NCBI GenBank assembly: GCA_036399015.1
Contig: DASWNW010000038.1
Span: forward strand, 37,239 to 101,238
Length of the DNA: 64,000 nt
Direction: 5' to 3'
From: Thermoanaerobaculia bacterium
Lineage (GTDB): Bacteria > Acidobacteriota > Thermoanaerobaculia > Gp7-AA8
Part shown: positions 20,169 through 29,259 of the stretch, in pieces
How the letters are laid out: each line of letters starts with the position of its first letter
How positions within the stretch are numbered: position 1 is the stretch's first letter
Translations under genes and position numbers: made by a program
The notes under the pieces: generated by a model
What the model saw: the letters and a program-made list of their open reading frames with translations, nothing else
Databases searched by the model: none
Told to the model about the DNA's origin: nothing

Positions 20169-20200
20169 CGCCCGTAGCCTACCGAAGCGCGCCGGTGACG

Positions 20201-20231
20201 GCAAAAAGAAAGGGCGCCCGAAGGCGCCCTT
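20201..20231 (-). terminator. rho-independent terminator downstream of the TonB-dependent receptor
   Basis: Minus strand: AAGGGCGCC-TTCG-GGCGCCCTT followed by TCTTTTTG. Confidence 0.65.
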
Positions 20232-20254
20232 TCAGTGAACGGCTGAACGGAAAC

Positions 20255-23200
20255 TTAGAAGCGGAGGCGGACACCCGCCTGGTAACGGCGCGGCTCGAGG
20301 AGCGCGCGGTCTTCCGCGTAGTTGAAACGGGTGACGCTGGTGTCGTGCGACTGCTCGACGAAGATCGCGTCCTGGTTGTTGAACACGTTGTAGACGTCGA
20401 GGAAGAGGTCGACACCGAACTGGCGCACCTGCATCAGGTAGCGGAGCTTCGCATCGAAGTTCATGTAGCTCGGGTGGGTCTCGGCGCCGGTCTGCGCGAT
20501 CCCGTTCGGGTTCGTGCGCAGGATGCCGTGGTTGACGTAGATGTCGTACTGACCGGGGATGAAGATGTCGGACTCGGTGTAGTGCGCGCCCGAGCTCCAG
20601 TAGGCCAGACCGCCCACCTCGAGGTTGAACGGCGTGCGGTACATGCCGTAGAGCTTGACCTGGTGGTCGATCGAGCCCGGCAGCTTGCCGTACATGTACG
20701 GCTGGCGCGGATCGAGCTCGAGGAAGTCACCCTGCAGGTCGGCGTTCGCGTCGGAGTTGGTGTTGCCCTCCGCATCGCGCCACGAGTACTGCACGCTGCC
20801 GGTCCAGTTGTCCTGGAAGCGGCGCTCGAAGGCGAGGTCGACACCGTTGGTGCGGCGCTTGCCGCCGATGATGTTGCCGAGGAAGAAGTTGACCGGACCG
20901 GCGATACCGGTGGCCGGCCAGCCATGCTGCTCCGGCTTGAGGGCCAGCTCGGCCGGAACTTCGCCGCCGGTGCAGCCGGACGCGGCGCACGCGTAGCCGG
21001 GCAGCGCCCAGTAGACGTACGGGTCGTAGTCTTCGATGAGGTTGTCGTCCTTGCGCTGGAAGGCCTGCGCCATGAACGCGTACGTCGGGGTGAGGTTGAT
21101 GCCGTAGGTGAGCGAGAACTCGTCCTGGGTCGGGTTCTTCAGGTTCGGCGCGAAGCCGGCGTCACGGAACTCCTTCGAGCCGCGAAGGCGGTAGGTGTAC
21201 CAGTCGTTGCCGATGAAGACCTGCTCGGCGTTGACCGTGCCGGAGATGTTGCCGCCGAAGTGCACCATGTCGGTGCGGATCGGGTCGAAGTAGCGGCCGT
21301 AGAAGGCGGTGACCTTCTGGCGTCCCTGACCGCCGATGTCCCAGGTGAAGCCGAGGCGCGGCGAGAAGGTCGGATCCATGTCGAGGATCGTGGAACCGTC
21401 GGAGGCGATGTACTCCCAGTCCTCCATGCGCACGCCGGCGTTCAGCGTGTAGTTGCCGAAGTGCCAGTCGTCCTGCAGGAAGGCGGTCTGGGCCTCGGCG
21501 ATGACGTTGTTGCGTCCCACTTCGAGGTTCTGCGTGCGGAGGAAGTTCACGCCGTACGGGTTGTTCGCGGTGCTGTTGAACGTGAGCGCCTTGAACTCTT
21601 CCTCGGACAGCACGCCGTCATGGTTGGTGTCGGCGAACGTGAACGCGCTGGAGGTCGTGTCGGTCTTCAGCTTGTTGAAGACGTTGTTGTACTCGCTCGA
21701 CGAGAAGTAGTTCTCGCCGCGGGTGAAGCCGAAGGTGGAGCCGGCCAGCTGCGGCGCGAGCGACGTCATGCTGACGCCGCCGTTGAAGCGGCTGAAGGTC
21801 TGGTCCTGAAGCTCGGTCCACTGGATGCCACCCTTGAGGGTGTGCGTGCCGGCGGCGTTGAAGAAGTAGCTGGCCGCGATGTCGGCCTGGTCGCGCTTCT
21901 GGATCTGGTCGAGGAGCGTCGAGGCGCTGCCGAAGTCCGTCTCGAAGAACTTCTTGCCGGCGCTGGTCGGGTAGCGGATCTGGTTGCGGACGCCGAGCTC
22001 GGGGAACATCGGGCGCTGGAGGTACTCCTCCTCGAAGCGGCCGTAGCGGCCGTCGAGGACGAAGGAGCCGCCGATGACGTGCTGGATGGAGGCGGAGATC
22101 GTCTCCGGGGTGTCTTCGATGCGGTAGTACCAGTTCGGAACCAGGTCCTGGTCCTGCGCGGCCTGGTTGTTGACGCCCTGGATCTCACGAGGATCGGAGA
22201 AGAGCTGGCCGATGATCGTGGTGGCCTCGGTGGCCTTGAGGGTCACCTTGCCGAAGTAGTTGCTGCGCTCCTGCTTGTAGAAGCCGCTGGCGCCCGTGCC
22301 GGAGGCGACCGGCGAGAGCGGGTAGGTGTCTTCGGTCTCACGGATCTGGCCGGAGAGGAAGAACCAGGCGCGGTCGCGAACGATCGGGCCGCCGAGGGTG
22401 AGGGCGGCGTCCTTGCGCTCCGGCTGGAACGCGTGCAGGCGCTGGTCCTGGGTCTTGAAGCCTTCGTACATGCCGGTCGTCTGGAGGTAGTAGTTCACCG
22501 AGCCGGAGAACTCGTTGCCGCCGGACTTGGTGACGACGTTGCCGACGAAGCCCTTGCCGCCGACGAACTCGGCCGGAACGCCCGAGGTGACGACTTCCTG
22601 CTCGAGGATGACTTCGTTGTTGAAGGTCATCGTGCCGCGGCCGTTCCCCATGTCGGTGACGTTCAGGCCGTCGATGTAGTAGGTGTTGTCGCGGGAGCCG
22701 GTCTTGCCGAAGCGGCCCTGGACGCCGCGGTCGGCGTAGTTGTTCCCGCCCTTGCCGGCCGGGTCGATCGGGGTGTCGCTGCCGCCCGAGTTCGGGACGA
22801 CGTTGACGCCCGGGACGAGCTGCGCGTAGGCCTTGTAGTCACGGCCGACCGGCAGCGCCTCGACCTCTTCGAGCGTGACGTGCTCGGCGATCGTGGAGCG
22901 GCTGGTGTCGACCATCGGCGCTTCCGCGGTGACGGTGATGGACTCGGAAACCGCCTCGGTGTTCAGCTTGAGGCCGAGCGCGGACGTCGAGTTCTGCTCG
23001 ACCGTCGCGGTCTGCGTCGTCGGCTGGAAGCCGGAGAGCGAAGCCTTGATCGTGTACCGGCCGGGGGTCATGCCGGCGAGAACCGCCTGCCCGGTGCTGT
23101 CGGTGACGACCGTGCGGGTGCCGATCTGCACCGGCGAGCTGGCCTCGACCGTGACGCCCGGGAGCACCGCTCCGGTGGCATCAGTGACCGTGACCGAGAT

Positions 23201-23275
23201 ATTGCCGTACGTCGCGCCGAACACCGGCACGGCGAGCAGCGCCATGACTGCTAATAGGACCGTGAATCTCCTCAT
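20255..23275 (-). CDS. TonB-dependent outer-membrane receptor with N-terminal carboxypeptidase-regulatory-like domain
   Basis: Signal peptide. The ISVTVTDATGAVLPGVTVE ... GRYTIKASLSGF domain. Long beta-barrel ending in RLRF. Confidence 0.85.
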   Translation of the reverse strand: MRRFTVLLAVMALLAVPVFGATYGNISVTVTDATGAVLPGVTVEASSPVQIGTRTVVTDSTGQAVLAGMTPGRYTIKASLSGFQPTTQTATVEQNSTSALGLKLNTEAVSESITVTAEAPMVDTSRSTIAEHVTLEEVEALPVGRDYKAYAQLVPGVNVVPNSGGSDTPIDPAGKGGNNYADRGVQGRFGKTGSRDNTYYIDGLNVTDMGNGRGTMTFNNEVILEQEVVTSGVPAEFVGGKGFVGNVVTKSGGNEFSGSVNYYLQTTGMYEGFKTQDQRLHAFQPERKDAALTLGGPIVRDRAWFFLSGQIRETEDTYPLSPVASGTGASGFYKQERSNYFGKVTLKATEATTIIGQLFSDPREIQGVNNQAAQDQDLVPNWYYRIEDTPETISASIQHVIGGSFVLDGRYGRFEEEYLQRPMFPELGVRNQIRYPTSAGKKFFETDFGSASTLLDQIQKRDQADIAASYFFNAAGTHTLKGGIQWTELQDQTFSRFNGGVSMTSLAPQLAGSTFGFTRGENYFSSSEYNNVFNKLKTDTTSSAFTFADTNHDGVLSEEEFKALTFNSTANNPYGVNFLRTQNLEVGRNNVIAEAQTAFLQDDWHFGNYTLNAGVRMEDWEYIASDGSTILDMDPTFSPRLGFTWDIGGQGRQKVTAFYGRYFDPIRTDMVHFGGNISGTVNAEQVFIGNDWYTYRLRGSKEFRDAGFAPNLKNPTQDEFSLTYGINLTPTYAFMAQAFQRKDDNLIEDYDPYVYWALPGYACAASGCTGGEVPAELALKPEQHGWPATGIAGPVNFFLGNIIGGKRRTNGVDLAFERRFQDNWTGSVQYSWRDAEGNTNSDANADLQGDFLELDPRQPYMYGKLPGSIDHQVKLYGMYRTPFNLEVGGLAYWSSGAHYTESDIFIPGQYDIYVNHGILRTNPNGIAQTGAETHPSYMNFDAKLRYLMQVRQFGVDLFLDVYNVFNNQDAIFVEQSHDTSVTRFNYAEDRALLEPRRYQAGVRLRF

Positions 23276-23590
23276 CTACGCGCCTCCTGAGAATTGATCG
23301 TCCAGCGGACGCGCTGCGCCCCGCTGGTACGAAATTTGGAACTGGTGATTGCCGAAAGAACGCCGGATTGTAACCAACCCGTCACGCAAACAGCAACCGG
23401 GTGACAAAGAACTGTTGCAAGTGGGCGAAGTTGTGTCGTCCGTGACACGGACCGCAACAGCTCTGCCACGGCTCCCGCCGTAGCGTAACTCGAACTGGCT
23501 GAGCCGCTTGCCCGCAAGGCGCGCTCGCCGCGACACCCCGCGCGATTCAGGCAACCGTACGCCGGCATCCGGTTTTCTGGAGGCGTTCCC

Positions 23591-25117
23591 TTACAGCGGG
23601 ATGTTCCCGTGCTTCTTCGGCGGGTTCCGGTCGCGTTTGTTCCGGAGCATCGAAAACGTCGTGATCAGCTTCCTGCGCGTGAACCGCGGCTCGATGATCT
23701 CGTCGATGTATCCCCGCTCCGCGGCGATGTACGGGTTGGCGAACTTCTCCTTGTACTCCGCCACCTTCGCCTCACGGTCGGTCGTGCCCCTGTAAAGGAT
23801 GTTCACGGCCCCCTCGGCGCCCATCACCGCGATCTCCGCCATCGGGTAGGCGTAGTTCATGTCGGCCCGGATGTGCTTCGAGTTCATCACGCAGTACGCG
23901 CCGCCGTACGCCTTGCGCGTGATCACCGTGACCTTCGGCACCGTCGCCTCGGCGAGCGCGTAGAGCAGCTTCGCCCCATGAATGATGATGCCGCCGTACT
24001 CCTGCCCCGTGCCGGGTAGGAAGCCGGGGACGTCCTCGAAGACGAGCAGCGGGATATTGAAGGCGTCGCAGAAGCGGACGAAGCGCGCCCCCTTCCGCGA
24101 CGCGTCGATGTCGAGCACGCCCGCGAGGAACGCCGGCTGGTTCGCCACCACGCCGATCGAGTAGCCGTTGAGGCGGATGAAGCCGACCACGAGGTTGCGC
24201 GCGTAGTGCTGGTGCACCTCGAGAAAGTGCCCCTCGTCGGCGACCGTCTTGATCACCTCGCGCATCTCGTACGGCTGGTTCGGCGACTCGGGGATGAAGG
24301 AGTCGAGCTGCGCGTCGACCCGGTTCACGTCGTCGGTGGTGGCGACGCGCGGCGCCTCTTCGAGGTTGTTCGAGGGCATGAAGGAGAGGAGCTCGCGGAT
24401 GAGCGCGATGCAGTCCTCGTCAGACTCCGCGGCGAAGTGCGCCACGCCGGACACCTGGTTGTGCGTCTCCGCGCCCCCCAGCTTCTCCTTCGTCACCTCT
24501 TCGTGCGTCACGGTCTTGATGACGTCGGGACCGGTCACGAACATGTAGCTCGTCTTCTTCACCATCAGAATGAAGTCGGTGATGGCGGGGGAGTAGACGG
24601 CGCCGCCGGCGCACGGCCCCATGATCGCGGAGATCTGCGGGACGACGCCGGAGGTGAGCGTGTTGCGCAGGAAGATGTCGGCGTAGCCGCCGAGCGAGAC
24701 GACGCCTTCCTGGATGCGCGCGCCGCCGGAGTCGTTCAGGCCGACGATCGGCGCGCCGTTCTTCACCGCCAGGTCCATGATCTTGACGATCTTCGCGGCG
24801 TGCGTCTCCGAGAGCGAGCCGCCGAAGACGGTGAAGTCCTGCGCGAAGGCGTAGACGAGGCGTCCCTGGACGGTGCCGTAGCCGGTCACGACGCCGTCGC
24901 CCGGCACCCGCTGCTTGTCGAGACCGAAGTCGGTGGAGCGGTGGGTGACGAGCTGGTCGAGCTCCTGGAACGAGCCCGGGTCGAAGAGGAGGGCGATGCG
25001 CTCTCGCGCCGTGAGCTTCCCCTCGTTGTGCTGGCGGTCGATGCGGGTCTGCCCGCCTCCGAGCTCGCTCTGCTGTTTGCGGCGTTCGAGTTCTTCGAGC
25101 TTCTGTTCGAAAGACAT
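23591..25117 (-). CDS. acyl-CoA carboxylase carboxyltransferase beta subunit (propionyl-CoA carboxylase beta / methylmalonyl-CoA carboxyltransferase family)
   Basis: [16 protein letters not shown] ... [25 protein letters not shown] ... [13 protein letters not shown]. Confidence 0.9.
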   Translation of the reverse strand: MSFEQKLEELERRKQQSELGGGQTRIDRQHNEGKLTARERIALLFDPGSFQELDQLVTHRSTDFGLDKQRVPGDGVVTGYGTVQGRLVYAFAQDFTVFGGSLSETHAAKIVKIMDLAVKNGAPIVGLNDSGGARIQEGVVSLGGYADIFLRNTLTSGVVPQISAIMGPCAGGAVYSPAITDFILMVKKTSYMFVTGPDVIKTVTHEEVTKEKLGGAETHNQVSGVAHFAAESDEDCIALIRELLSFMPSNNLEEAPRVATTDDVNRVDAQLDSFIPESPNQPYEMREVIKTVADEGHFLEVHQHYARNLVVGFIRLNGYSIGVVANQPAFLAGVLDIDASRKGARFVRFCDAFNIPLLVFEDVPGFLPGTGQEYGGIIIHGAKLLYALAEATVPKVTVITRKAYGGAYCVMNSKHIRADMNYAYPMAEIAVMGAEGAVNILYRGTTDREAKVAEYKEKFANPYIAAERGYIDEIIEPRFTRRKLITTFSMLRNKRDRNPPKKHGNIPL

Positions 25118-25118
25118 G

Positions 25119-25199
25119 AGTTGTTATCGGTTGCCGGTTGTCGGTTATCTGCGGGCTGCGCGTCGAGGCACAGACAACTGACAACTGATCGCCGGCAAC
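25119..25199. repeat. tandem-repeat hairpin (heptamer GGTTGNC / GNCAACT arms)
   Basis: GTTGTTATCGGTTGCCGGTTGTCGGTTATCTG, then a 17-19 nt GC-rich loop, then CAGACAACTGACAACTGATCGCCGGCAAC. The stem is imperfect, with several G-T pairs on the plus strand. Confidence 0.8.
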
Positions 25200-25203
25200 A
25201 TCC

Positions 25204-25455
25204 TCACAGGATGATCGCCCTCTCGGCTGCCAGTCTCCGCATCTCGTTCTCCACCTGCTGTTCGGTGGCGCGCTTGCCGAGTTTCCCCCGCGCGACGCGC
25301 TCGAGCTGCTCGACGGCGGTGAAGTTCTCGGTCAGCGTGCGCGTCACCACGAGGATGCCGGCCTCGGCGTCGACGAACTCGACCACGCCGCGATCCTCCA
25401 GCCGGTTCACGATGGCCCGGGCGAGAAACTCGACGCGTCTTCCGGTGGCGCTCAC
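25204..25455 (-). CDS. small hypothetical protein (83 aa), possibly DUF507-like
   Basis: Good GC3 codon bias. Last gene of the kinase/TldD-like operon. Family assignment is from memory only. Confidence 0.45.
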   Translation of the reverse strand: MSATGRRVEFLARAIVNRLEDRGVVEFVDAEAGILVVTRTLTENFTAVEQLERVARGKLGKRATEQQVENEMRRLAAERAIIL

Positions 25456-25465
25456 GAGCGGGCCA

Positions 25466-26236
25466 TTAAAGCATCATCTCCGCGCCGAAGGAACCGGCGC
25501 CGTACGGGTACCACCGCCGCTCGTTCGAGACGGCGTCGATGTGGGTGACGCGGACGGTGCAGGGATAGACGCGCGCCCCCTCCTCGACCAGCACCCGCAG
25601 CGTGAGCCCCTCCACCGGCGCGAGAAGGGCGATCGCCCGCGGCCGGCGCTCGTCGATCTCCGTCACGTCGCACTCCAGCCGGAGGTTGTGCGGCATCCGC
25701 ACCGGACGCACGCGGTAGCTGGGGCGGTACCAGTTCGGCCACTCCCCTTCCGCCTCCACGATCTCGTTCCCATACCCGTCCACGCCGCCGGCGGTCTGCA
25801 GCAGCCGCACGTTCGGCGGCGCGATGCCGGCCAGCGACGGGACGAGGGCGGCGGTGACGCCCGGCGCGAGCCGCAGCCGCGAAGGCGCCTCCCGCTCCGC
25901 TCCCGCCCGCCGCAGCGCCTCCGCGACCGGCCCGACGTCGGCTTCGTCGTCGACGAGCGCGCGCAGCCTCCCGTGCACCAGCGCGGCGTGGAAGCGGCGC
26001 GTCTCCTCCGACCAGGCGCGGTCGCCAGATTGATGGTGGGCGATCCCGCGGCTGACGATGACCCGCTCGGCTTCGATGTCCGGTTTCGGCGGAGGCGGAA
26101 CGGCCAAAGCCTCCTCGCCTCCCTCCGGATGACAGGTGAAGAGGTCCCCCTCTTCGATCGCGACGCCGCTTTCCGTGACGCGGATCAGCGTCCCGTGCTC
26201 CCACCGCGCCACCGCCCCCCGCTTGCGGTAGATCAC
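25466..26236 (-). CDS. short TldD/PmbA-family-like protein (no HExxxH)
   Basis: GTG start overlaps the upstream stop as GTGA. Region LLQTAGGVDGYGNEIVE resembles the TldD/PmbA C-terminal domain. The N-terminal part of the 410-aa track ORF is spurious. Confidence 0.45.
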   Translation of the reverse strand: MIYRKRGAVARWEHGTLIRVTESGVAIEEGDLFTCHPEGGEEALAVPPPPKPDIEAERVIVSRGIAHHQSGDRAWSEETRRFHAALVHGRLRALVDDEADVGPVAEALRRAGAEREAPSRLRLAPGVTAALVPSLAGIAPPNVRLLQTAGGVDGYGNEIVEAEGEWPNWYRPSYRVRPVRMPHNLRLECDVTEIDERRPRAIALLAPVEGLTLRVLVEEGARVYPCTVRVTHIDAVSNERRWYPYGAGSFGAEMML

Positions 26237-27063
26237 GCCGTCACCAGCAGCGGCGCGTGGCTGCCGACCACGAGCTCCTGCCCTTCGCGCGAGCAGATCA
26301 CCCCGGGGTAGCGCAGCGGCTCGCCGGCGGCGCCGAGAAAGCGGAAGTCGCCGCGTGCGCGCGTCAATGTGAATGGCGCGACGCGCCGGGTCGTGTCGCC
26401 TTCGACGAGATCGGCCGCCGCCACCCGCAGCGTGACGACGTCGGTCAACGGCTCGTACCCGCCGCCGTCGACGAGCAGCACCTCGAGGCGCGCCTCCGGC
26501 AGCGCGAACGGCGCATCGGCGGCGCGCACGACGAGGTTCGTCATCCGCCGCAGCGGCACGTCGCGGAAGGAGGCGCGCCGCAGCGTCAGCGGGTTCTCGA
26601 GCTGCAGCCACGCCGGCAGCGCGAGCGGCGGCAGGCCGTGCTCGGCCGGATGTCCCGCCGCCTCGTGCAGCAGCACCGCCGCGCTGCCGTTCCGCCACAG
26701 AATCGGGAGCGGCCGCACCTCCGCTTCCGACTCCAGCGCCGCGCGGCGCAGCAGCGCGACGTCTTCGTCGAGATGCACCGCGTCGGTCACCAGCGAGTGC
26801 CGGCCGAGCGAGGCGGTGATGGTGGAGGTGACGCCGTCGAGACGCGCCTCCGCCACGAGGCGCAGGCGCAGATCGGGACGCACGGCGTCGCGCAGTTCGT
26901 CCATGCGCCGGTCGCAGGTGGAGACGAGCGCGTCGTCGCGCGCGTCGGTAGCCACGATCCCCTGCTCGTCGTCGCGCGCTTCGCCGTGGGAGAGCCGCCG
27001 CTCGGCGAGGCGCCCATGCACCCAGAGCTCCTCGCGCGTGGCGATCGCGAAGCGCGCCGTCAT
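26233..27063 (-). CDS. short TldD-like metalloprotease homologue
   Basis: LLHEAAGHPAEH matches the TldD HEAxGHxxE metal-binding motif. At 276 aa it is much shorter than canonical TldD. Confidence 0.55.
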   Translation of the reverse strand: MTARFAIATREELWVHGRLAERRLSHGEARDDEQGIVATDARDDALVSTCDRRMDELRDAVRPDLRLRLVAEARLDGVTSTITASLGRHSLVTDAVHLDEDVALLRRAALESEAEVRPLPILWRNGSAAVLLHEAAGHPAEHGLPPLALPAWLQLENPLTLRRASFRDVPLRRMTNLVVRAADAPFALPEARLEVLLVDGGGYEPLTDVVTLRVAAADLVEGDTTRRVAPFTLTRARGDFRFLGAAGEPLRYPGVICSREGQELVVGSHAPLLVTA

Positions 27064-27070
27064 CCGCCCG

Positions 27071-29161
27071 TCAATTCAGCTCGTACGTGAACCTCTTCCC
27101 GGCCGCGTCGTAGCGCACGGTGAGGCGGTGGTTGCCGCCCGGCTCGAAGCGGACGGCGGTGATGGTGTGGTGCTCCTGGATCTGCGCGCTCGGCACGGTG
27201 ACCCAGATCTGCACGTCGGCGTTCTTGGCGGGGAAGTCCCTCGTCACGCTCACCGGGCGCGGGGTGCGGGAGGCGCGGCGGAGGAAGCGCGCCGGACGCT
27301 CGTCGAACAGCCGCTCGTTCGCGACGATGTCGGTCCCCGCGCGCACGACGATGCGGCCGTCGGTGAACGGATGGGAGAAGACGGTGGTGAGCTGCGTGGT
27401 GCTCGACTGCGGCGCCTGCGTCTCGGTCGCGCCGGCGGTGTCCTGCGGCGCGGTGGTGGCGGTGGCGGCGACGCGCGGCGTCTGCCGCTTCGCCTTCGCC
27501 GCCGCGAGCGCCTTCTGCTCCTCGGCCTGCGCGAGCTTCAACTGCTCGGTCGCCTGCACGAAGTTCGGGTTGATGGTGAGCGACTCCTGGAACCGCGCGC
27601 TCGCATCGGCCCACTTCTTCTCGTTGAAGAGGAGCATCCCCTCGTCGAACTTCGCCTGCGCCTGGGCGAGCTGCTGCTTGCTGAGCTCTTCCTGCTGCAG
27701 GATCGCGTCGAGCCGGGCCAGGGTCGTGTTGACATACGGCGAGGTTGGCGCGAGCCGCTTGAGCTCCACGAACTTCACCCGCGCGTCGGCGACGCGCCCC
27801 TGCTGCAGGAGCGCCGTCCCCTCTTCCCGCAACCTCTTCTCCTGCGCCCGCCGGGCCGTGATGGCGGGATCGATCGGCGTGATCTCCGGCTCCTGGCTCC
27901 GCACCGCCGCCACGCCGCCGATGAGACCGGCCACGAGGAGCGCCACGATGCCGATGAAGAGGGGCGGCGGGATGCGCCGCTTCCACACCGGCGCCGTACG
28001 GACGCCGGAGAACGTCTTCCGGAGCTGCTGCGCGAGCGGCGGCCGCGGCGGCCGCGGCACCTTCGCCACCGTCGGCGCCTGCGCGGCGGTCGCGCCGGAG
28101 ACGCGCGCGGCCGGCTGCGTGCTGCTGCCGAGCTCCTGGATGTCGTGCGCCGCCGTCGGCGGCTCGACCGCATCGGGGAACGGCACCTCCAGCGTCGGCG
28201 TCGGCACCGGCCGGTCCCGCTCCGTCGTCTTCTCCGCCGACGAGGCGCCGCGCGTGACGATCGTCTCCTCGGCCAGCATCGGGTCGGGCGGGCGGACGGG
28301 GCGCTCGCCGCGGATCACCTGGCGGACCGCGGTGGCGAGGTCTTTCGCCCGCTGGTACCGCTTGGCCGGGTCCTTGGCGAGGCAGTTCGCGACCACCTCG
28401 TCGTAGCCGGAGGGGATCTGCGGATTGATCTCCGAGAGCGGCGGGAACGGCTCGTGGACGATCTTGTAGGAGATGGAGGTGAGCGAGTCGCCGCCGAACG
28501 GCTTGCGGCGCGTCAGGCATTCGTACAGGCAGATGCCGAGCGCGAAGATGTCGGTGCGGCCGTCGACCGGCGCACCCTTGATCTGTTCGGGCGCCATGTA
28601 GTTCGGCGTGCCGAGGAACTGCCCGGTGCTGGTCAGGTTCGCGCCGCCGGAGGCGATCTTGGCGATGCCGAAGTCGGTGATCTTGGCGCGGTTCCCCTCG
28701 ATGAGGATGATGTTCGCCGGCTTGACGTCGCGGTGCACGATGCCCTTGGCGTGCGCGAAGTCGAGCGCCTCGCCGACCTGCGCGATGATGTCGCCGATCT
28801 GGTCGAAGGTGAGCGTCCGCCCCTGGGAGAGCACTTCCTTGAGGTTGTGCCCCTCGACGTACTCCATGGCGATGAACGAGACGCCCGACTCCTCGTCCTG
28901 GCCGATGTCGTGGACGGTCACGATGGAGGGGTGGTTGAGGATGCCCGCCGCCTGCGCCTCTCGGATGAAGCGCTGCTGGAACTCCTTCGACTCATCGTCG
29001 TCGACGTGAGCGGCGACGCGGATGGTCTTCAGCGCCACCAGCCGCCCGATGAGGGGGTCTTTGGCGAGATAGACGATCCCCATCGCGCCTTTGCCGAGCT
29101 CGCGGACGACTTCGTAGCGGCCCAGCTTCAAGAGCGTTTTCTCCCCGCCATGAACGGACAA
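27071..29161 (-). CDS. Ser/Thr protein kinase with TM helix and C-terminal TPR-like/extracytoplasmic region
   Basis: GKGAMGIVY, VALK, HRDVKPANIIL, TDFGIAK, APE. TM helix PPLFIGIVALLVAGLIGGVAAV. Confidence 0.9.
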   Translation of the reverse strand: MSVHGGEKTLLKLGRYEVVRELGKGAMGIVYLAKDPLIGRLVALKTIRVAAHVDDDESKEFQQRFIREAQAAGILNHPSIVTVHDIGQDEESGVSFIAMEYVEGHNLKEVLSQGRTLTFDQIGDIIAQVGEALDFAHAKGIVHRDVKPANIILIEGNRAKITDFGIAKIASGGANLTSTGQFLGTPNYMAPEQIKGAPVDGRTDIFALGICLYECLTRRKPFGGDSLTSISYKIVHEPFPPLSEINPQIPSGYDEVVANCLAKDPAKRYQRAKDLATAVRQVIRGERPVRPPDPMLAEETIVTRGASSAEKTTERDRPVPTPTLEVPFPDAVEPPTAAHDIQELGSSTQPAARVSGATAAQAPTVAKVPRPPRPPLAQQLRKTFSGVRTAPVWKRRIPPPLFIGIVALLVAGLIGGVAAVRSQEPEITPIDPAITARRAQEKRLREEGTALLQQGRVADARVKFVELKRLAPTSPYVNTTLARLDAILQQEELSKQQLAQAQAKFDEGMLLFNEKKWADASARFQESLTINPNFVQATEQLKLAQAEEQKALAAAKAKRQTPRVAATATTAPQDTAGATETQAPQSSTTQLTTVFSHPFTDGRIVVRAGTDIVANERLFDERPARFLRRASRTPRPVSVTRDFPAKNADVQIWVTVPSAQIQEHHTITAVRFEPGGNHRLTVRYDAAGKRFTYELN

Positions 29162-29259
29162 TGATAACTCCTGCGCCGTGCCGGACCTCAGGCCCGCCGT
29201 CCTACCTTTTACTTTATGATGTCACGCCTGTTGGACAATTCGCTTACGGAGTCGAGCAC

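Noticed and set aside
23276-23590. Cobalamin riboswitch upstream of the TonB-dependent receptor
   Set aside because: The only B12-box-like string (GCCACGG) is on the plus strand, the wrong strand for the gene, and has a mismatch. Other conserved riboswitch elements are not evident.
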